Assembly: GCF_036365525.1 (NCBI RefSeq)
Contig: NC_090399.1
Coordinates: 50,066,430 to 50,130,429 of the forward strand
Direction of reading: 5' to 3'
Length of the DNA: 64,000 bases
Source of the DNA: Heterodontus francisci
Taxonomy: Eukaryota
Of this stretch, positions 12,284 through 25,115 are shown piece after piece (within the stretch, counting starts at the first letter, position 1; every line of letters begins with the position of its first letter). The notes under the pieces are model-generated. The model did not search any database, was not told the origin of the DNA, and saw nothing but the letters and a program-made list of their open reading frames with translations. Both the position numbers and the translations under genes were made by a program.

Positions 12284-13191
12284 AATGGGCCCACACATCA
12301 AGGACCTGCCTCACCCCTCTCTCCACCTCCTCCTGGCCAGAGTCTCACACTGACAATGGGCCCACACATCAAGGACCTGCCTCACCCCTCTCTCCACCTC
12401 CTCCTGGCCAGAGTCTCACACTGACAATGGGCCCACACATCAAGGACCTGCCTCACCCCTCTCTCCACCTCCTCCTGGCCAGAGTCTCACACTGACAATG
12501 GGCCCACACATCGAGGACCTGCCTCACCCCTCTCTCCACCTCCTCCTGGCCAGAGTCTCACACTGACAATGGGCCCACACATCAAGGACCTGCCTCACCC
12601 CTCTCTCCACCTCCTCCTGGCCAGAGTCTCACACTGACAATGGGCCCACACATCAAGGACCTGCCTCACCCCTCTCTCCACCTCCTCCTGGCCAGAGTCT
12701 CACACTGACAATGGGCCCACACATCAAGGACCTGCCTCACCCCTCTCTCCACTTCCTCCTGCCCAGAGTCTCACACTGACAATGGGCCCACACATCAAGG
12801 ACCTGCCTCACCTCTCTCTCCACCTCCTCCTGGCCAGAGTCTCACACTGACAATGGGCCCACACATCAAGGACCTGCCTCACCCCTCTCTCCACCACCTC
12901 CTGCCCACAGTCTCACACTGACAATGGGCCCACACATCAAGGACCTGCCTCACCCCTCTCTCCACCACCTCCTGCCCACAGTCTCACACTGACAATGGGC
13001 CCACACATCAAGGACCTGCCTCACCCCTCTCTCCACCACCTCCTGCCCACAGTCTCACACTGACAATGGGCCCACACATCAAGGACCTGCCTCACCCCTC
13101 TCTCCACCACCTCCTGCCCACAGTCTCACACTGACAATGGGCCAACACATCAAGGACCTGCCTCACCCCTCTCTCCACCTCCTCCTGCCCA
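12284..13191. repeat. 71-bp minisatellite, about 13 near-identical copies
   Basis: aatgggcccacacatcaagg... at 12284, 12355, 12426 etc. Confidence 0.95.
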
Positions 13192-13259
13192 GCAAATAGA
13201 AATGGGCAACAGATAAATTATCAAGTCAAAGTTTGTTTGATGACGATAAATAAAACACA

Positions 13260-13940
13260 AATGAGAGGGGTAGGGCTAGAGGGTGAGGGGAGAGACAGGG
13301 TGGGAAGGCAGAAGGAGGGAGAGGGCGAGGGAACTGGGGGGGGGAGAGGAGAGGGGGCAGGGAAATAGGGTGAGGGGAGGGAGGACGAGTGAAGTAGAGG
13401 AAGGGATGGGGAGAGGAAAGCAGAGGAGGAAATGGGGTAGGGACGCTAGGAGGTGGGAACAGAGTGCAAGGGCAGAGGTGCAGAGGAATTGAGGGGAAGG
13501 GAACAAAGGGGGAGGGTAAAGAGAGAAAGGTAGGAAAGGGGGAGGGGAGGGAAAATTGGAGTAAGGAAGTGTGGAGGAGGGAAGTGAGAAGGAGGGGAGA
13601 GTTGGAAAGGAAAGAGAGGAAGAGGATGAGGGAAGAGAGGGGGGGGCGGAAGAAAAGTAGGTGGGGAGGGGGATGGGAGAACAGAGTACAGAATAGAGCC
13701 ATAGGGAAGATGAGGGAAGGGAGGGAGAAGGAAGAGGAAGAGGGGAAAGAAAGGTAGAGAAGAGAGGGGGAGAGAGAAGGAGTGGTGAGTGGACAAGGGA
13801 ATGAAGGAGGAGGGAAGATTGGGAGAGGGGAGTGGGGAGAGAGGAGGGTGGTACAGGAGGGAATTGAGGAAGAGGGAGGGGGAAAGTGTGTTGAGAGAAA
13901 ATAGGGGGAGGAGGGAAGAGAAGTGGGGGAAAAGAGGGAG
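13260..13940. repeat. Purine-rich low-complexity tract
   Basis: Almost only G/A on the + strand. Confidence 0.85.
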
Positions 13941-14029
13941 AGCTTTACTCTGTATCTAACTCTGTGCTGTACCTGTTCTGGGAATGTTTGATGGGACAGT
14001 GTAAAGGGCGTTTTACTCTGCATCGAACC

Positions 14030-17000
14030 CTTTTTTTAAGACATTTTATAAAATAACTATGAAAACAGATAAATAAAACAAAAATTCAAATTAAAATGTC
14101 ATTCTCGGTGTCGATGATGCACTCCAGTCTCTGCGGTGCCCACCGGCTGTGGAAGGCCTCAAGCGTACCGACGAACACCACATGTTCCTTCTCCAGGGAC
14201 ACCTGGGCATGAACACAACCGTGAAAGAGGGGCAGGTAATCAGGGTGGACGGACCCTCCGATGGCCTGCAGCCTGCACCTGTGAATTGCCACATTGGCCA
14301 GGCCCAGGAGCAGACCGATTAGGAGATCCACCTCCCGGCCCACGCCCCTCCGGACCGGGCGCCCAAAGATCAGGAGCGTGGGGCTGAAATGCATCCAGAA
14401 CTTGAGGAGCAGGCCCTTCAAATACTCAAACAGGGGCTGCAACCTCACACACTCCATATACACATGGAACTCAGACTTGTCCAGGCCACAGAAATTACAG
14501 GTGGCCCGGGAGTCCGTGAACCTGCTTAAAAGTCTATTGCATGGGACTGCCCTGTGCAGCACCCTCCACCTCAGGTCCCCAGTGTAAACGGGGAAGACTC
14601 CCGCGTACAGAGACCTCCACCGGGGTTTCCCTTCGCCGCCAGATGGCAATGTGGACCGTCAAGGCGTGTCTGGCTCGCTGACAAGGGCGATGAAGTGCAG
14701 AGGTGCAGGAGCAGCCCGTACAGGAAACCCCTCTGCGCTGTTTAGAATGGCACGGAGGGCATTTCCGAGAGGCGGCTCAGGTTGTGCGGGACCGGCTCCT
14801 GAGGAGGGTTTCGGGGCCTGGGTCCGATGAGCAGTTCCGGCTGAACGGGGTTCAGCTCGGCCGGGAGCGTTCCATACTCCCGATACCCCTCGTCACCTGC
14901 AGTGAGGGGTGTCCCGGGGACTTCAGCTACTCCTTCGCCTGTCGGTCTGTCCCCAGAGCCAGCTCCCTGGACAGCTGAGGTGCTTTCCTCCGCCGGCGGG
15001 GGAGCGCCCTGACTGGAGGCGACCATGTTCCAGAATCTGAATAGATCCCGGTAAAAGACAGGCAACTCCCTCAGAGAGGCGCGGCTAACGGTCTCCGCCG
15101 GGAGCTGCCTGTCGTCTTGAAGGCAGTGCCCTGGCGGAAAAAATACGTCATCAGTGCACACCATCTGGGAGGACGCTCGACGTACAAGTATCTCTGCGGG
15201 GTCCGAAGATGGAGAGTCGCAGCCTGGGTGCGGACGCACACCAGTGACTGGCCGCCCTCCTCGATCGGAAGACTCAGGACCGTGGCAGAGACCCAGTGTT
15301 TCCTCTTGCCCCAGAAGAAATCGACGAGTTTCTTCTGGATCTTGGTGGGACATGCAAAGGGCAGGGCCAAAGTGACCAACCGGTACCACTACATTGAGGC
15401 CACCAGTTGGTTTACGACCGGCCCTCGGCCCCTGTAGGAAAGCACTTGGAGCAGTCCTGTCCAGCACCCCAGCCAAGCGGTGACTTGCGCCTCCAACTCC
15501 TGCCAGTTTGCCGGCCAGGCTTCCTCAGCGGGGCTAAGGTGGACTCCCAGATAAAGGAGGTGCATGGTTCTCCACGCAAAAGGTGTTAGCTTCTCCGATA
15601 GGGAGCCCACCACTGACCCACCAGGAATCCGGAACATTTCACCCAAATGATCCTCGCGGAGGACGTGGCAGAAAAGGTCTGCTGGCAGTCGCGCATCCTC
15701 CGCAAGTCAACGGGATCTGTGACCGCGTGGAGCACGTCATCGGCGTAAGCCAAGAGGACGACCCGTATGGCTGGGCCTCGTACAGCCAATCCCATCAGGG
15801 ACGGCTCCATGCAGATGGTATACATTGGCTGGATATGGGGCATCCCTGACGCACTCCTCTCCCAAAGCGAAGGGGCGCTGTCAAGGACCCGTTAACTTTG
15901 ACCAGACGCTCTGTGGCGGCGTATATAAGTCGGACCCGGTCCTCAAAATGCAGCCCAAGTTCGAATGCACGCAGAGTCCCGAAAAGGTATTCTTGATCCA
16001 CCCTGTCAAATGCCTTCTCCTGATCGAGGGAGAAAGGTGACCGACAGGCCAGTCCTCTGGGAAAGATGGATCAGGTCCCGGACCAGGTGGATGTTGTCCT
16101 GGATGGACCGGCCCGGGACCATGTAGGACTGGTTGGGGTGGATCATGTGGGCCAGCACGGAGAATAGGCAGGTAGACATCGACAGGGCAAAGATCTTATA
16201 ACCCGTACTGAGGAGGGAGACCGGAGGCCAGTTTTTAAGCAAGTGGAGATTGTCCCTCTTCGGCTGCAGGACGATGACCGCCCTGCACCACGAGATGGGC
16301 ATCTCCCCAGTCGTCAGGCTTTCCCCCAGGACCTGCGTGTAATCGTCCCCCCAGGACGTCCCAGAACGCCCTGAGGAACTCCATGGTCAGCCAGTCCAGT
16401 CCTCGGGATTTGCCCCTCGAGAGCTGGTAGAGGGCGCCGGTCAGCTCCGTCAACGTGAGCGGAGCCTCCAATCCTTCGGTGGCCTCTGGGATGACCATTG
16501 GCAGGTCTTCCCACAAAACTCTGCGCGCTGATTGGATCCGGAGAGAACAATGCACTGTGATAGGTACAGACCAGGAGGTCTATTCCCTACGGATCTGTGA
16601 TGGAGGATCCGTCGTCGGCCAGCAGCTCAATGAGCTGCTTACGGAACCCCTACCATTTTTACAGCAAGTAGAAGAAGGGCGAGGCGCAGTCCGAATCTTC
16701 CAGGATATGGATCCGCGACCTCACGTACCCGCCTCGGGACCCTATGAGCTGCAGGCCCCTCAGCTCGCCCTTCCTCTCTTTGTATGTCTATCACAGGGCC
16801 GGGTCCACGACGGCATGACCGAGGCGGGACTCCAAGTCGAGCGCTTCCCTCTCTATGCGTCTGATCTCGGCTTCTCGCCTCTTGGTCGACCCCTTCGCGT
16901 ACTCCTGACAGAAGACACGGGTGTGAGTCTTGCCGACATCCCACCATAGCCTCAAAGAGGGGAATCCCCCTGCTTCCTTCTCCAGTCGGCCCAGAATTGA

Positions 17001-19800
17001 CGAATGAGTCCCGCAATCGCTCGTCCTCCAGCAGCCGGTTGTTAACGTGCCAGTACCTGTGTGCTGAGCAGAGTGAACTCTTCCCACACCAGGTGGTGGT
17101 CCAAGCAAGGCACCAGCCACATGGAGGCCGCCGAGATGTGGGAGATGTACGTCTGCAAAATGTAGAGGCAGTCGATTCGGGACCCTCCTCCTCCAGACCT
17201 CCATGTGAAGGCGCTGGAGTCGGGATGGAGATTCCGCCAGATGTCCACCAAGCAAAGGGAGCTGATCAGTTCCCTCAACTTTTCCACCGACGCTTGGCCA
17301 CGCTGGGAACCGCAGCGATCCCCCACCTCGAGTTTTCAGTTAAAATCCCGCCCGAGGATGATGCACTCGCCACTATTGATAGAGCTCAAGAGAGCGGACA
17401 CTTCTTCAAAGAAGTGCGCTCGCAATGCACCGGGCCTGGGCATGTACACGTTCACAAAGTAGAGTGGCACGCTACCCAGGCGAACGGCGAGGTGGAGCAA
17501 GCAGCCCGGCATGAGCTCCTTGACCCCCAAGATCTTCGGCTGAAAGGTCGGGGCCAACAAGATAGCCACCCCTCCAGAAACAGAGTGAGGTGACTCATGT
17601 AGACTCCAACAAGATAGCCACCCCTCCAGAAATAGAGGTGAGGTGACTCATGTCACTCCAGGAGCCAGGTGACTTCATCTCCCAGAACGGTGTAGGTTTC
17701 CTGCAGAAAGCTCACCGCATATCTCCCTTCCCTAAGGACAGAGATTGTGAAATCTGCGGTGAGACGCCCTGCTGCCGTTGATGTTGAGGCTGGCTATAGT
17801 TATCTTCATGTCAAAGGTACTTAAAAACCGTCACCAAAACGTCACTGTGAGGAGGGAGCGGAAGTGCACCTGGCCTTCCATTCCCACAGCAACCCATTGA
17901 GGAACGCATTAAATCGGCACCTCTCAACCAGTTTCACGCCCATGCCCTTCCCCGCTTTCTTGAGGGCGGTACGGATGGACCGGATAATCAGCGCCAGATT
18001 CGACCAATGGCCAAGGGCCAGCTGAACTTTATTGAGGCAATCCCTGCATGCCGTGAGGAAATCCCGGAGTTCCACCGTGGAGATGAGAGGAGACTTGGTG
18101 GGAGGCACGAGGGACTCCACCGCCTCACTGGCGATGGAATCAAGATCGTCCTCTGTGCCCCACATCGAGTCCCCATCCTCCTCCGGGTTGTCACTGCCAG
18201 CGGCTGACACACCCACCACACGGTGTGGGGCGGACATCCCGTTCGCGCCAGCTGGTCCTGGCCCCGTCACGATCCCACCCCAGGATCGATGGCGGAGGAG
18301 TCCTCTCTGGGTTCTACTGTGAAAATGGAGCCTATGGGCACCAGCAGTTCAGGACGCCCTCCACCTCTGTACCCAGGCCAATGAGCAGTCCAGGGGAGAC
18401 TCCGGAAATCCAGCCGGAGCCAAGACCGGAGGTGGAAAGGAGGCCATCTCCCTCCCCACCAGCGTCCACAGGCCCAGCAGATGGGGCAACATTTTCAACT
18501 ATAACTGGGTTGGGTACACCCTGGTCAGGGGTGGATTTTGGCTGGGAGGGCCGACCCTTTGGGGTCTTGCCCTCCCTTCCACTCAGGGTACCAGACCCAG
18601 TGGCAGAATGGGAGGCTTCTCCAGGAACATCCCCAGGCTCCCCCACCACAATCAGGGCTCCACTTGCTCCTTCAGGAGGGGCTGCATGTACAGGGGCCTC
18701 CCCCTCCTCCTCTCCTCCATCCTAAGGGCTAGGGAGCTCCTGCCCAGGCTTTACAGTCTTGATGGTGGTGGCGGCAGGGAGAACCTGGGGACCCGAACCA
18801 GGAGAGAGCTCCCCTCCAACAGATGGGCCCTGTGTTGCCTCCGTGGAGGGGTGCCTTCTCCTCTTTTTCCCACTTGGGCGCGGAGGTTCAGAAACCTCCA
18901 TGTTATCAGAGGCCTCCACCTCGGCACCCTCCTTTTTTTCAGTTATCCTGGGCCTGAGGTGGGTTCCCCGGGACTGGGACTTGGGCTGAGCTCAAGCTCG
19001 GGTTGTGCCATGGTGTCTCGGGGAACCGCCTCTTGGGGTTTATTTTTCCTCCGCATCTTCCTTCCACAGGGATGGGCACCCCACTCCCCGTCGGTGGCCA
19101 TGAAAACCACAGCCTCCGGAACCCACTGAGCTGTATGTGTTGAAGGTGCAGGGGGAGTGGGAGGAAGTGCAGTGGCACCACCCTGGGCTGCCGAGGTGGA
19201 GTTGGCGGCCGGGAGGTTGGGGCAGTTCTTGCGAACATGCCCCACCCTCTTGCAGACATGGCACCACTTCCCATCCGAGGTCCAGAAGACGGTAGGCCAT
19301 CCCCTGGAACTCCACACTGAAGTGGCCTCCAAGACCTCTTTCCGCGCCAGCTGCATAAATAGCTGGTGCCGGAAGGAGTAGACATGCCAGAGGCTGTTTT
19401 CCCGAAGACCGAGTGGGACTGGAGTGAGCCCTGACCTCACCTGCCACAGATGGTGCAGGTGGGGGAGAAGGAGCTCACTGGGAATGAATGGCGGGAATTT
19501 GATAGCATTATCAGCTGTGCGGTGGCCCCCAGAGGCTCCACCAGCAGGAAGGTCCCCTCCACAGTGAGCCCCTTACTCAGGGCCAAGGATACCGCCCGCT
19601 CGCCTTCCCGTACATCTTTGAGGCTGCCACAATGGCCAAGGGGCTGACAACCTCGGCCATTGCCTTTACACAAGCCTCTATAGTCATATTGGGGTGGGGA
19701 TAGCTCTTTACCACCATGGCTATACGTAATTTAATTTAAAGGGTGATGGGATCACATGGGCAGCCACAGAGGCTACAGCCGCATTGGTTTGAGAGGGCCC
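14030..19800 (-). mobile_element. Near full-length, decayed Tx1/L1-clade non-LTR retrotransposon
   Basis: ORF1 zinc knuckle CHVCKRVGHVRKNC; ORF2 from ATG 17809 (MKITIASLNINGS, endonuclease GRDFN/SRID), RT GVRQGCP and LAYADDV, C-terminal CNFC..H...C; many frameshifts; A-rich 3' end. Confidence 0.92.
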
Positions 19801-19839
19801 CGCCATGATGGGCTTGCCATGATGGGCTTGCCATGGGTG

Positions 19840-20965
19840 CAGGGAGCCCTAGCAAAACTGCAGTCAATGGGAATCAGGGGAAAACTCTCCGCTGGTTGGA
19901 GTCATACCTAGCGCAAAGGAAGATGGTTGTGGTTGTTGGAGGTCAATAATCTGAGCTCCAGGACATCACTGCAGGAGGTCCTCAGTGTAGTGTCCTAGGC
20001 CCAACCATCTTCAGCTGCTTCGTCAATGACCTTCCTTCAATCATAAGGTCAGAAGTGGGGATGTTCACTGATGATTGCACAATGTTCAGCACCATTCGTG
20101 ACTCCTCAGATACTGAAGCAGTCCGTGTAGAAATGCAGCAAGACCTGGACAATATCCAGGCTTGGGCTGATAAATGGCAAGTAACATTCGCTCAACACAA
20201 GTGCCAGGCAATGACCATCTCCAACAAGAGAGAATCTAACCATCTCCCATTGACATTCAATGGCATTACCATTGCTGAATCCCCCACTATCAACATCCTA
20301 GGGGCTACCATTGGCCAGAAACTGAACTGGAGTAGCCATATAAATACCATGGCTACAAGAGCTACAAGAGCTACAAGGTCAGAGGCTGGGAATTCTGTGG
20401 TGAGTAACTCACCTCCTGACTCCCCAAAGCCTGTCCACCATCGACAAGGCACATGTCAGGAATGTGATGGAATACTCTCCACTTGCCTGGATGGGTGCAG
20501 CTCCAACAACACTCAAGAAGCTCAACACTTTCCAGGACAAAGCAGCCTGCTTGATTGGCACCCCATCTACAAACATTCACTCCCTCCACCACCGACGCAC
20601 AGTAGCAGCAGTGTGTACCATCTACAAGATGCACTGCAGCAATGCTCCAAGGCTCCTTAGACAGCACCTTCCAAACCCAGGATCTCTACCAACTAGAAGG
20701 ACAAGGGTAGCAAATACATGGGAACTCCACCACTTGCAAGTTCACCTCCAAGTCACACACCATCCTGACTTGGAACTATATCGCCGTTCCTCCACTGTCA
20801 CTGGGTCAAAATCCTGGATCTCCCTTCCTAACAGCACTGTGGGTGTACCTACACCACATGGACTGCAGCAGTTCAAGAAGGCAGCTCACCACCACCTTCT
20901 CAAGGGCAATTAGGGATGGGCAATAAATGTTGGCCTGGCCAGCGATGCCCACATCCCATGAATGT
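19840..20965 (+). mobile_element. CR1-group LINE 3' fragment
   Basis: MFTDDCT, QAWADKWQVTF, MEYSPLAW motifs. Confidence 0.88.
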
Positions 20966-21339
20966 ATATTCAAAAATGCGTTGGAATAGTCAGGTCCAGA
21001 GGTAACACAGAGGCATGAATGAAGGATGAGGGCTGCGGGAAGAGAGTGAAGCAGCAGAAGGAGATGACTGGTTAGCCTCAATCTTTGTGACGAAAATATC
21101 CCTGAGCTCCTCGCAGGTTGTTGGAGGTGAAGATGGGGCAGACATGGGTGAGGATTTGGAGAAGATTATGAAGAAGAAAAGCCGAAGGCTATTTCAGCAT
21201 TTCAGAACAATCCTGGAGTAGAAAATAGTTTCAACAGTTACAGAGAAGAGAGGGCACTTTCCCACTGTGCGAGGAACAGAAGAACAGGAGGAGGTCACTA
21301 ACAACCCTTTGCTTCATATTCCTGGAGACACTTACCTCA

Positions 21340-21445
21340 GATTTAAATGTCACTGCCAGCAATTGGCTCAGTTAATCAGACTCTCACCTCGAAACCAGAA
21401 GATTCTGGGTTCAAGACCAATTCCAAAGGCTTAAATACAGAAGGT
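21340..21445 (+). mobile_element. tRNA-derived SINE head
   Basis: tggctcagtt (A box-like) and gggttcaagacc (B box-like) leading into the 30-bp array. Confidence 0.5.
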
Positions 21446-23415
21446 TACTGAGGGAGCACTGCAGTGTCGGAGGGTCTGTACTGAGGGAGCACTGTAGTGT
21501 CGGAGGATCTGTACTGAGGGAGCACTGCAGTGTCGGAGGATCTGTACTGAGGGAGCACTGTAGTGTCAGAGGGTCAGTACTGAGGGAGCACTGCAGTGTC
21601 GGAGGGTCTGTACTGAGGGGGCACTGCAGTGTTGGAGGGTTGGTACTGAGGGAGTGCTGCACTGTCAGAGGGTCAGTACTGAGGGAGCACTGCAGTGTCG
21701 GAGGGTCTGTACTGAGGGAGCACTGCACTGTCGAAGGGTCAGTACTGAGGGAGCACTGCAGTGTTGGAGGGTCTGTACTGAGGGAGAACTGCAATGTCAG
21801 AGGGTCAGTACTGAGGGAGCACTGCAGTGTTGGAGGGTTGGTACTGAGGGAGTGCTGCACTGTCAGAGGGTCAGTACTGAGGGAGCACTGCAGTGTCAGC
21901 GGGTCAGTACTGAGGGAGCACTGTAGTGTCAGAGGGTCAGTACTGAGGGAGCACTGCAGTGTTGGAGGGTCAGTACTGAGGGGGTGCTGCACTGTCAGAG
22001 GGTCAGTACTGAGGGAGAACTGTACTGTCAGAGGGTCAGTACTGAGGGAGTGCTGTACTGTCGGAGGGTCAGTATTGAGGGAGTGCTGCACAGTTGGAGG
22101 GTTGGTACTGAGGGAGAACTGCAGTGTTAGAAGGTCAGTACTGAGGGAGAACTGTACTGTTAGAGGGTCAGTATTGAGAGAGAACTGCAGTGTCAGAGGA
22201 TCAGTACTGAGGGAGAACAGTACTGTCAGAGGATCAGTACTGAGGGAGCACTGTACTGTCAGAGGGTCAGTACTGAAGGAGAACTGTACTGTCAGAGGGT
22301 CAGTATTGAGAGAGAACTGCAGTGTCAGAGGGTCAGTACTGAGGGAGAACTGTACTGTCAGAGGGTCAGTACTGAAGGAGAACTGCAGTGTCAGAGGATC
22401 AGTACTGAGGGAGAACAGTACTGTCAGAGGATCAGTACTGAGGGAGAACTGTACTGTCAGAGGGTCAGTACTGAGGGAGTGCTGTACTGCCAGAGGATCA
22501 GTACTGACGGAGAACTGCACTGTCAGAGGATCAGTACTGAGGGAGAACTGTACTGTCAGAGGATCAGTACTGAGGGAGCACTGTACTGTCAGAGGATCAG
22601 TACTGAGGGAGCACTGTACTGTCAGAGGGTCAGTACTGAGGGAGAACTGTACTGCCAGAGGATCAGTACTGAGGGAGAACTGTACTGTCAGAGGATCAGT
22701 ACTGAGGGAGCACTGTACTGTCAGAGGGTCAGTACTGAGGGAGAACTGTACTGGCAGTGGGTCAGTACTGAGGGAGCACTGTACTGCCAGAGGATCAGTA
22801 CTGAGGGAGAACTGTACTGTCAGAGGGTCAGTACTGAGGGAGAACTGTACTGCCAGAGGATCAGTACTGACGGAGAACTGCACTGTCAGAGGATCAGTAC
22901 TGAGGGAGAACTGTACTGTCAGAGGGTCAGTACTGAGGGAGAACTGTACTGTCAGAGGATCAGTACTGAGGGAGCACTGTACTGTCAGAGGGTCAGTACT
23001 GAGGGAGAACTGTACTGCCAGAGGATCAGTACTGAGGGAGAACTGTACTGTCAGAGGATCAGTACTGAGGGAGCACTGTACTGTCAGAGGGTCAGTACTG
23101 AGGGAGCACTGTACTGTCAGAGGGTCAGTACTGAGGGAGAACTGTACTGCCAGAGGATCAGTACTGAGGGAGAACTGTACTGTCAGAGGATCAGTACTGA
23201 GGGAGCACTGTACTGTCAGAGGGTCAGTACTGAGGGAGCACTGTACTGCCAGAGGGTCAGTACTGAGGGAGAACTGTACTGTCAGAGGGTCAGTACTGAG
23301 GGAGAACTGTACTGTCAGAGGGTCAGTACTGAGGGAGCACTGTACTGTCAGAGGGTCAGTACTGAGGGAGAACTGTACTGTCAGAGGGTCAGTACTGAGG
23401 GAGCACTGCAGTGTT
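21446..23415. repeat. 30-bp minisatellite, about 65 copies
   Basis: cagtactgagggagaactgtactgtcagag(g/a); 10-aa periodic ORFs on both strands. Confidence 0.95.
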
Positions 23416-23429
23416 GATGTTATCAATTA

Positions 23430-24570
23430 GTCAAGCATCATCTGCCTTATATAAATCCATGCTGGCTATCTTTAATTAACTCAAACCTCTCCAAGTGCCT
23501 GTTGATATTTTCTCTGATTATTGTTTCTAAAATCTTACCCACAGCAGATATTAAACTAACTGGCCTGTAGTTGCTAGGACTGTCCTTACACCTTTTCTTG
23601 AATAAGTCTGCTTCCAATTAAGCTGTTCTACCTTACATCCTTCCTTGCTTTTCTGTATTAGGTGTCTAAACCTTATGATACGATTGTCCCCCCACAGACA
23701 CTGAGGCCACTTGGTCCACTTCCTTTCCCAGCACGTTTATTTTTAATTTTCCTACTATCGCTGGTATGTTATCCTCTTCCTCTATGTGACAATGAATACA
23801 AAGGACATATTTAATAACTCTGTCATGTTATCTCTTACAATACTGCCTGTGTCTGTCTTTAATGGCTCACAATTCCCTGAGCCACTCACTTACTCTTAAT
23901 ATATTTCGAGAAACTTTTACCAATTGCCTTTATATTAATTACCTGAACTTTTTTCCCCGTATCCCCGTATTACAACTCTCAGTATAATCATTATGTTCCT
24001 GTGTTACTTTCTATATTTCTCATAGTCTTCCATGTTATCACTTGTCTTTGTATTTGAGCACTTGGACTTTATACTGTGTCTTATCTCACATGTGGACTTT
24101 GGTTGCGTGACTGTACAAGTGGAATTTTTAATCTTTACGTGTAAGTTTTGGTCTTGAATTGTACTAAATACTTTGTTGAATATCTCCCTCTATTTTTCTG
24201 TCCGTCTATCTAAAAACAGCTCAACCCAGTTTAATGTCTTCAGCTTAAGTTTTATTCACTCGAAGTCAACCTTGCTTAAGTTTAAATTCTTGGTTTGTGT
24301 GATCTTTCTCCTTCTCAAACAAAGTTAAGCAGTATCATTTGATGTTCACTGTTTGCAAGCCGTTCCCTGACTGTCATGGTTTAAATTAATTCGGCCTCAT
24401 TTCCGCATAACTCAAACTAGTATGGCTTGTTCCCTTGTTGCTTTAAAAAAAAATTGAAATCTGCCCAGCAAACACTCCAGAAATTTGCAGCCTTCACAGC
24501 CTCAGATCTTTAGCTTCTCCCAATCGATGTTAAAATTAGAATTGCCCATTTGAAACATTTTCCATTTGCT
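23430..24570 (-). mobile_element. Old degenerate CR1-like LINE fragment
   Basis: NYRPVSL-like motif (ggcctgtagttgctagg) and endonuclease-like remnants. Confidence 0.5.
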
Positions 24571-24802
24571 CCAAGCTTCTCTGATCTCAGTGTTTGTACA
24601 TCCTTCTGTCAGGAGACCTGGAGACAAATCCTATCAGAGTCTTCCACACTGTACTGTCTTCAATGGTGTAAAATATCAGACTGGGTGTAGAACAGGAGGC
24701 TGATCAAACATCACCCATTTCAAACCCTCACCCAAAGTTTAACATTAACCCCATCGAGAGACAGAGAGAGAGTGAGAATGGAAAACTGAATTCTGTACTT
24801 AC

Positions 24803-24854
24803 CGGGACAGACCCAGGAAAAACACAGGGAGATGGAGAAAAGGATCAGCAACAT
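24803..24854 (-). CDS. MHC class I gene A, exon 1 (signal peptide MLLILFSISLCFSWVCP); linkage to the gene A body is inferred
   Basis: ATG at 24854, hydrophobic 17-aa leader, ends phase 1 at G|GTAAGT; joins alpha1 in frame (G+AG=Glu); X/Y-box promoter directly upstream; 49/52 nt identical to gene B leader. Confidence 0.75.
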
Positions 24855-25034
24855 TCTGGGAATCCACTGTCCCTATTCCATCAGTCACTGGGAATAAAAC
24901 ACTCCGGGGGGGGGGACACAATTACTGCTTATTAACTGGAAAAACAGGTAAAACAACAAACCGACCTAGACCTTATTTACAGTCGAACTTAAACTTTGAT
25001 CATTTCCTGAAATATAACTGCAGAACTAAAGGCA

Positions 25035-25115
25035 GATGATAGGTTAGTCTGTGAAAAATAACCCAATGAAAGGGATAAGCAGCTGCCTGTCACCAGTTAC
25101 CAGGAAACTGAGACT
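25035..25115 (-). promoter_or_regulatory. Gene A proximal promoter: degenerate ISRE, X box, Y box; proximal CCAAT altered
   Basis: Minus strand CTCAGTTTCCTGGTAACTGGTGA (X1-like, cf. CCTAGCAACAGATG), CATTGGGT Y box at 25063-25067, CCTAT where gene B has CCAAT. Confidence 0.7.

Noticed and set aside
13226-14023. 265-aa Pro/Ser/Leu ORF
   Set aside because: Low-complexity polypurine/polypyrimidine tract
20806-21081. MRLTSHLLLLLHSLPAAL... as an alternative gene A signal peptide
   Set aside because: Starts at TTG, has no good donor, and the DNA resembles a decayed L2 RT segment (..IHA.VT..DYSNA) joined to a LINE end
21411-23430. 596-671-aa periodic ORFs on both strands
   Set aside because: 30-bp satellite; no unique coding sequence
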